Shown here one piece after another: positions 59,935-64,000 of a stretch of 64,000 nucleotides of DNA; position 1 is the first letter of the stretch, and each line of letters begins with the position of its first letter. The translations under genes were made by a program, and so were the position numbers. The notes under the pieces are model-generated. The model was not told where the DNA came from. It did no database searches and was given only the letters and a program-made list of their open reading frames with translations. The stretch is from Fimbriimonadales bacterium (GTDB taxonomy: Bacteria > Armatimonadota > Fimbriimonadia > Fimbriimonadales > ATM1), in assembly GCA_041744215.1 (NCBI GenBank), contig JBGTLG010000005.1, positions 27,713-91,712 on the forward strand. The letters are read 5' to 3'.

Positions 59935-60393
59935 TTAATCGAGCTTGCGAATAGCATCTCGAGCTTGATCGTACAAGTCCTTTAGCCATTCCTTCTCCGT
60001 CTCGAACGTTTCCTTCAGCGCACTATCGTCGACTTTCCGCACTCTTCTCATATAGTCAAGGCTTGCGACGGCTTCCAACCACCTGTGCTGGGGTACATCG
60101 GCTGGATTGTTGTCAACAACTGTCTTTGCCTTAGCAACTTCTTTCTTTAGCTGAGCTGACAGCGTGTATTCTCCCTTGTCTGGGTTCTCCGCGAGCGAGT
60201 AATAGGCATCCGCGACCGCCGAACAGTATGGCCCTCTAACATACCAATTGAACCTATACCCAAGGTCAAAACCAGAGACTTGGGCCAAGTACACTGCTTT
60301 CTGCATTGCGAGTCTCTGGTTGTGCTCTTCTGGATCGATTTTCACTCCCAACTCATTCAACATAGCTGCGACAGCCAGGTGCTTCTTATTCAT
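59935..60393 (-). CDS. YwgA / SocA-Panacea-like protein
   Basis: RLAMQKAVYLAQ..G.DLGYRFNWYVRGPYC..VAD, WLEAVASL; its stop is 1 nt from the HD gene start. Confidence 0.72.
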   Translation of the reverse strand: MNKKHLAVAAMLNELGVKIDPEEHNQRLAMQKAVYLAQVSGFDLGYRFNWYVRGPYCSAVADAYYSLAENPDKGEYTLSAQLKKEVAKAKTVVDNNPADVPQHRWLEAVASLDYMRRVRKVDDSALKETFETEKEWLKDLYDQARDAIRKLD

Positions 60394-60416
60394 TCTTACC
60401 TTCCCATTTCGTTCCG

Positions 60417-60468
60417 TATTGCACGCGGTTCGTCTAACAGATGCCTGTTAGACGAACCGCGTGCAATA
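60417..60468. repeat. Perfect inverted repeat, 24-bp arms with a 4-nt spacer
   Basis: TATTGCACGCGGTTCGTCTAACAG-ATGC-CTGTTAGACGAACCGCGTGCAATA. Confidence 0.95.
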
Positions 60469-60607
60469 AAAGACTCAAATGTCTACTACTTTTTGCAATT
60501 TACCGCATTTGTGAGAGTGGTCGCCTTTGCCCAGGAACGAGCCCGAGAGGTAACTGCGATCTGCCCGAGTTCGGCGTTAGCCGAACTCGGGCAGATCGCA
60601 CCTTCTC

Positions 60608-60691
60608 CGCCCTATCGCCACGCTATGCGCGCCCTATCGCCGCCCTACGGGAACGGAGGAGGCAGGGGGGACGGAGCGTGGACGGAGCAGG
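60608..60691. repeat. 11-bp-period degenerate tandem repeats
   Basis: CGCCCTATCGC/CACGCTATGCG/CGCCCTATCGC/CGCCCTACGGG, then GACGGAGCGTG/GACGGAGCAGG. Confidence 0.6.
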
Positions 60692-60744
60692 GAAGTCGCG
60701 CGGAGGGCCTGAGGAAATCGAGCGGGACTGCCGACGATGGCGGT

Positions 60745-61422
60745 ATGGCCACTCTCAAGCTTGGCGCATTCGCCCAGACCGTTATCGGCAAGGCAGGGAA
60801 CACCGTCTTTTATCGCGGGCCGGGCGGCGTTGTTTTTCGCGATTACACCATCCCCGATAACCCCGGCACCGAGCTTCAATCCCGCGCGCGCACCGCGTTT
60901 ACCTGGGCGGTCGCGACTTGGAACACCCTGACCCCCGACCAGGCGCAGGCCTGGCGCAACTTCGCCATGACCCTCTCGACCCGCGAGCCCGGCACCGGCG
61001 CAGTCCGCGCGCCCAGGGCCAGGGACGTTTTCACGCGCCTGGCGATCAAGCTGCGGCAGGTTAGCCCCGGCGCTCCGATTCCGCTTTATCCCCCCCCTGG
61101 CCGCTTCTTCGGCGACTCGGTGATCGTTAGCGCATTGCAGGAGGCCGAGGGGGGGGTCGTTTTTGAAGCCGACGCGCCAAACCGGACGGGCATTGTTACA
61201 GAGCTTCTTTTGCAGCCGCTCCGCCTCCCCGGCTCCCCCGCGTATCCTTCGAAGTATCGCACGCAGGGGTTTGTTGCATTCGATGAAGAGCCTGTTGTGG
61301 TTGCGGCTTCGCCGGGCTTTTATGCGGCCGCGTATCGGTTTGTGAACGAAGCGACCGGGCAAGCGACGGAGTTGGCTGAATTGGGGATGGTGGAGGTTGC
61401 GAACGCGCAACTCCAACATTGA
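60745..61422 (+). CDS. Hypothetical protein, paralog of 56017-56733
   Basis: MATLKLGAFAQTVIGKAGNTVF...P.NP.T..Q..., shared C-terminal GFYAAAYRFVN..TGQAT. Confidence 0.8.
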   Translation: MATLKLGAFAQTVIGKAGNTVFYRGPGGVVFRDYTIPDNPGTELQSRARTAFTWAVATWNTLTPDQAQAWRNFAMTLSTREPGTGAVRAPRARDVFTRLAIKLRQVSPGAPIPLYPPPGRFFGDSVIVSALQEAEGGVVFEADAPNRTGIVTELLLQPLRLPGSPAYPSKYRTQGFVAFDEEPVVVAASPGFYAAAYRFVNEATGQATELAELGMVEVANAQLQH

Positions 61423-61480
61423 TTGCGCATGGTTCATATTCTTCGCTTGTGCATCTAGCGGGCAACGAAGTCTTTGAAGC

Positions 61481-62560
61481 TCAGAATCGCAGCAGATAAG
61501 CAGGATCGTCCGAATTCCATGAACCGAATAAGACCCATTTTCCCGATCGAGATGTTGCAAGGACGGAAAATGCCCCGAGTTCTTGCCTGCCACCTGTTGA
61601 GGCGTTTACGACGTAACAGACTTGGCTTTCCCTGGGCCGCATTTCCTGCCAAATAGAAACGAGCAGCCTGCGTCCAGTGATGATGTTTACTTGCGCTCTT
61701 GCCGACGTGTCGCCATAGGCGTGAGGGATGTAGGCTTCAAGCCGGGGCATCGCGACGTTTGGCCAGGCTAGAACTAGAAATTGGAGAGACTGTTTGGTTA
61801 CACCGGGGTCTATGGCAAGAATGCTTTGCCGCGAGTCCAAAGCCAGCACGGTCCTGTCCCTTAGCTTGACTGGAGGCGCCGGACTGATTGCTCCCTGGCG
61901 AAACATGAATCCGCTGTCGCTTCCTCGCATCTTAAGGAAGTATTGGTCTTCTGACACATCAATCGCCTGGACTATCATTTCGTGTCGGAAGCCGTTGTCT
62001 TCGTTTACGGGTCGCGTAAATCGCAGAAGCGATAAGTTATCGTGGGCGGAATCCGAATCGAGCGCGACCTGTGACAATCCGGTTGTAACCGTTGAGATCG
62101 GTCGATCCGCTCCGACTACGTGGTAGCGAGTTCTGTGATAGATAACGATGTTGTTGGGAGTTGGTTCAGACAGAATTTTGATGTTTTCCAGAGAGTGAAG
62201 GTGTTCGTGCGGACCTCCCCATCGAGAGTCGTTGATCTCATGTTGCCAACCTCCGATCAGGGGGAACCCTGGAATAAGCGCCGACTCATAGACTTCAAAA
62301 GATCGGAGGAATCTGATTCTAAGTCCAATCTGTGTTATGCCGATGTATGGTGGATCAGCTTCAGCTCTGATTACGTAGAGTCGCTCGCCGTCCTCGCTGA
62401 TCAGACTCGATGGCTCCCAGCGCCTCGACCTTGAGAAAGTGTCAAACCAGCCGCCTGGAATTTCGATGACTTCAACTGGAGCGAGCTTTTCGACCCACTG
62501 GTTCTGTGCGGCGGTTCCTGTGGTCAAAATGCCAAACATCAACGCAGTTAGCACTGTCAT
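61481..62560 (-). CDS. Secreted hypothetical protein
   Basis: Signal peptide MTVLTALMFGILTTGTAAQ; SD AAGGAG. Confidence 0.6.
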   Translation of the reverse strand: MTVLTALMFGILTTGTAAQNQWVEKLAPVEVIEIPGGWFDTFSRSRRWEPSSLISEDGERLYVIRAEADPPYIGITQIGLRIRFLRSFEVYESALIPGFPLIGGWQHEINDSRWGGPHEHLHSLENIKILSEPTPNNIVIYHRTRYHVVGADRPISTVTTGLSQVALDSDSAHDNLSLLRFTRPVNEDNGFRHEMIVQAIDVSEDQYFLKMRGSDSGFMFRQGAISPAPPVKLRDRTVLALDSRQSILAIDPGVTKQSLQFLVLAWPNVAMPRLEAYIPHAYGDTSARAQVNIITGRRLLVSIWQEMRPRESQVCYVVNASTGGRQELGAFSVLATSRSGKWVLFGSWNSDDPAYLLRF

Positions 62561-62572
62561 GAAACTCACTCC

Positions 62573-63646
62573 TTATGTTTGGGGCGGATCGATCGGTTGC
62601 CCGACCGGTCCGGCCCAGTATTGCAGATCGACCGGGCAACTCCCCGTCGACCCGTGGACGATTCGAACGGTAATGTCTCTACTAGTAGGCCCGGTGCCGA
62701 TCTGACACTGATTCAGTTTGACACCTTGTTCATGTTCATATGCAGGATTATCATTTTCTCTGATAGGCAACACGCCCATCTTTGCGGGATTGGGCGGGGT
62801 TTCCTCAAACGCCCAGGCGGCCCCTTGCCAGTAGTTGTTCGTATCACGAGCCCGCAAGAAGGCGGCGATCTCCCTGCCGGCAGTTTCATCTGTGTTCTGG
62901 GCAGTCACTCTATACCGACATACGACTCCGCGAAGGCCCTTGTTTCCGTTGGGTCCGTCAGGATTACTAAGATCGCGACTGCCATGCGGATCTAAAGTCT
63001 CGCCCCGCCAGTGATACATCGAGATGTCTGGGCCGTCGTCGTCTCGCGTAGATATGGAGTACCTGTCTGCACATGATCTTGCATCTTTGATAGGGTTCGT
63101 ATAGTCTGCCGCGTCAAATGCGATGCCGTCCACGGTAACCAGGATTTGTGAGTAGGGCCAACAGCCCCTTTGGTGAAAAATCGTCGTGGAACCTGGTTCG
63201 AATTGACTGAAGATACCGACGTTAGGTCCACCAAAGTTTGTCGTCGCGCTAGCGACGGTCCGAATTGACAGTAGGTCTCCTGGCGTTCCCTCAATCGTAA
63301 ACTCATGCACCACTCCGATAACTCGATCCTCTTGCACGGAAGAACCGGCCGATGGCAGAACGAGATCGATGTCCTTATCCAGAGTTGCACTTGTTGGGTT
63401 GAAGTTGTCGAGAGATTCAAGGAGTATTGCTTTAGCAAGACAAAGCCCGGCTGGCGCAGGGTCGTTTGCCATCGCATAATCCCGAATCCACTTATGATTT
63501 GTAAGTTCAGCGGAATCGTCGTTGTTTCCAGTCAATCGGAGTATGCATGCAACATAGATGTCAAACTTACACTTGTTGACATGCCAGAGATAGACTCTGC
63601 ATTTTAGAATGCCAGACTCGGGAATCTGGAGTTGGCAGGAGTACAT
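62573..63646 (-). CDS. Hypothetical protein (true start may be upstream)
   Basis: 357-aa ORF; the frame stays open about 39 codons upstream (..EAPEKID..) without an ATG/GTG/TTG. Confidence 0.55.
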   Translation of the reverse strand: MYSCQLQIPESGILKCRVYLWHVNKCKFDIYVACILRLTGNNDDSAELTNHKWIRDYAMANDPAPAGLCLAKAILLESLDNFNPTSATLDKDIDLVLPSAGSSVQEDRVIGVVHEFTIEGTPGDLLSIRTVASATTNFGGPNVGIFSQFEPGSTTIFHQRGCWPYSQILVTVDGIAFDAADYTNPIKDARSCADRYSISTRDDDGPDISMYHWRGETLDPHGSRDLSNPDGPNGNKGLRGVVCRYRVTAQNTDETAGREIAAFLRARDTNNYWQGAAWAFEETPPNPAKMGVLPIRENDNPAYEHEQGVKLNQCQIGTGPTSRDITVRIVHGSTGSCPVDLQYWAGPVGQPIDPPQT

Positions 63647-63881
63647 TCGCTTCGGAAGGTCTGACTGTTTTGCGTCGATCTTCTCGGGCGCTTCAGCGGC
63701 AAGCCTGCGATAGCACAGCCACTCTGCGCCAGAACCGCTCCGCGAAACTTGTTGCCGCAGCTACCCATCCGCAGAGTTAGTTTTGTGTCAAATGCACGAG
63801 GTGTTTCAGCCCTAAGTATCGTATAATAGCTGTGACAGCTTGGCGCGACAAGCAAAGGCAGGCTGTCCGGAGCGTGATTTC

Positions 63882-64000
63882 ATGGCTACGAAACGTTACA
63901 CGGTCGTAGATGGAGAGGTTCTTGCCGAGACGACTAACGGTCAGCGGATAACCTACGTTCCTGATCCGGGCGGCTCCGTAGTGGCACTCATGAACGAGAA
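63882..64000 (+). CDS. RHS repeat-associated core protein, 5' end only
   Basis: MATKRYTVVDGEVLAETTNGQRITYVPDPGGSVVALMNE (Y..D..GSV..L RHS core motif); runs off the window. Confidence 0.7.
   Translation, partial: MATKRYTVVDGEVLAETTNGQRITYVPDPGGSVVALMNE

Noticed and set aside
60634-61593. 319-aa minus-strand ORF, and the 272-aa plus-strand ORF at 55945-56763
   Set aside because: Antisense shadows of the two DUF6266-like paralogs, whose sense strands have clear start signals and conserved motifs.
1-64000. CRISPR array, tRNA/rRNA, transposase or integrase
   Set aside because: None recognised by eye; the short repeats at 60608-60691 have no spacers. A tRNAscan/Infernal run would be needed to exclude small RNAs.

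Overview
Bacterial chromosome segment, most likely Armatimonadota (Fimbriimonas-like). That assignment is inferred from UBact plus PafA/Dop, a Terrabacteria-type dcw cluster with DUF881/sbp, and many leaderless genes. 1-22 kb: GH26 glycosidase, prolyl oligopeptidase, typA, dnaE, sua5, a dispersed UBact (Pup-like) tagging system (ubact, dop, pafA; no proteasome or ATPase genes in the window), an orphan flavin-dependent halogenase and an ArnT-like transferase. 22-40 kb: dcw cluster mraZ to ftsZ, with a MurC-Ddl fusion, no murB, and an in-frame TAG in ftsW. 40-54 kb (mostly minus strand): rocD, trpD/C/F, a nucleoside ABC transporter and a PTPS-II/folE/sepiapterin-reductase-like block that looks like a complete tetrahydrobiopterin (BH4) pathway. 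Upstream of rocD is an unannotated 16-codon leader peptide with five CGA (Arg) codons and mutually exclusive terminator/antiterminator helices, a candidate arginine-sensing attenuator. 54-64 kb is accessory DNA: a LuxR-PAS gene with an internal TGA, three paralogs of a DUF6266-like family, a DUF262 remnant, a YwgA/Panacea-like + SAMHD1-like HD dNTPase pair behind a perfect 24-bp-arm palindrome, and the start of an RHS gene. All family calls come from motif recognition by eye; no database searches were run.
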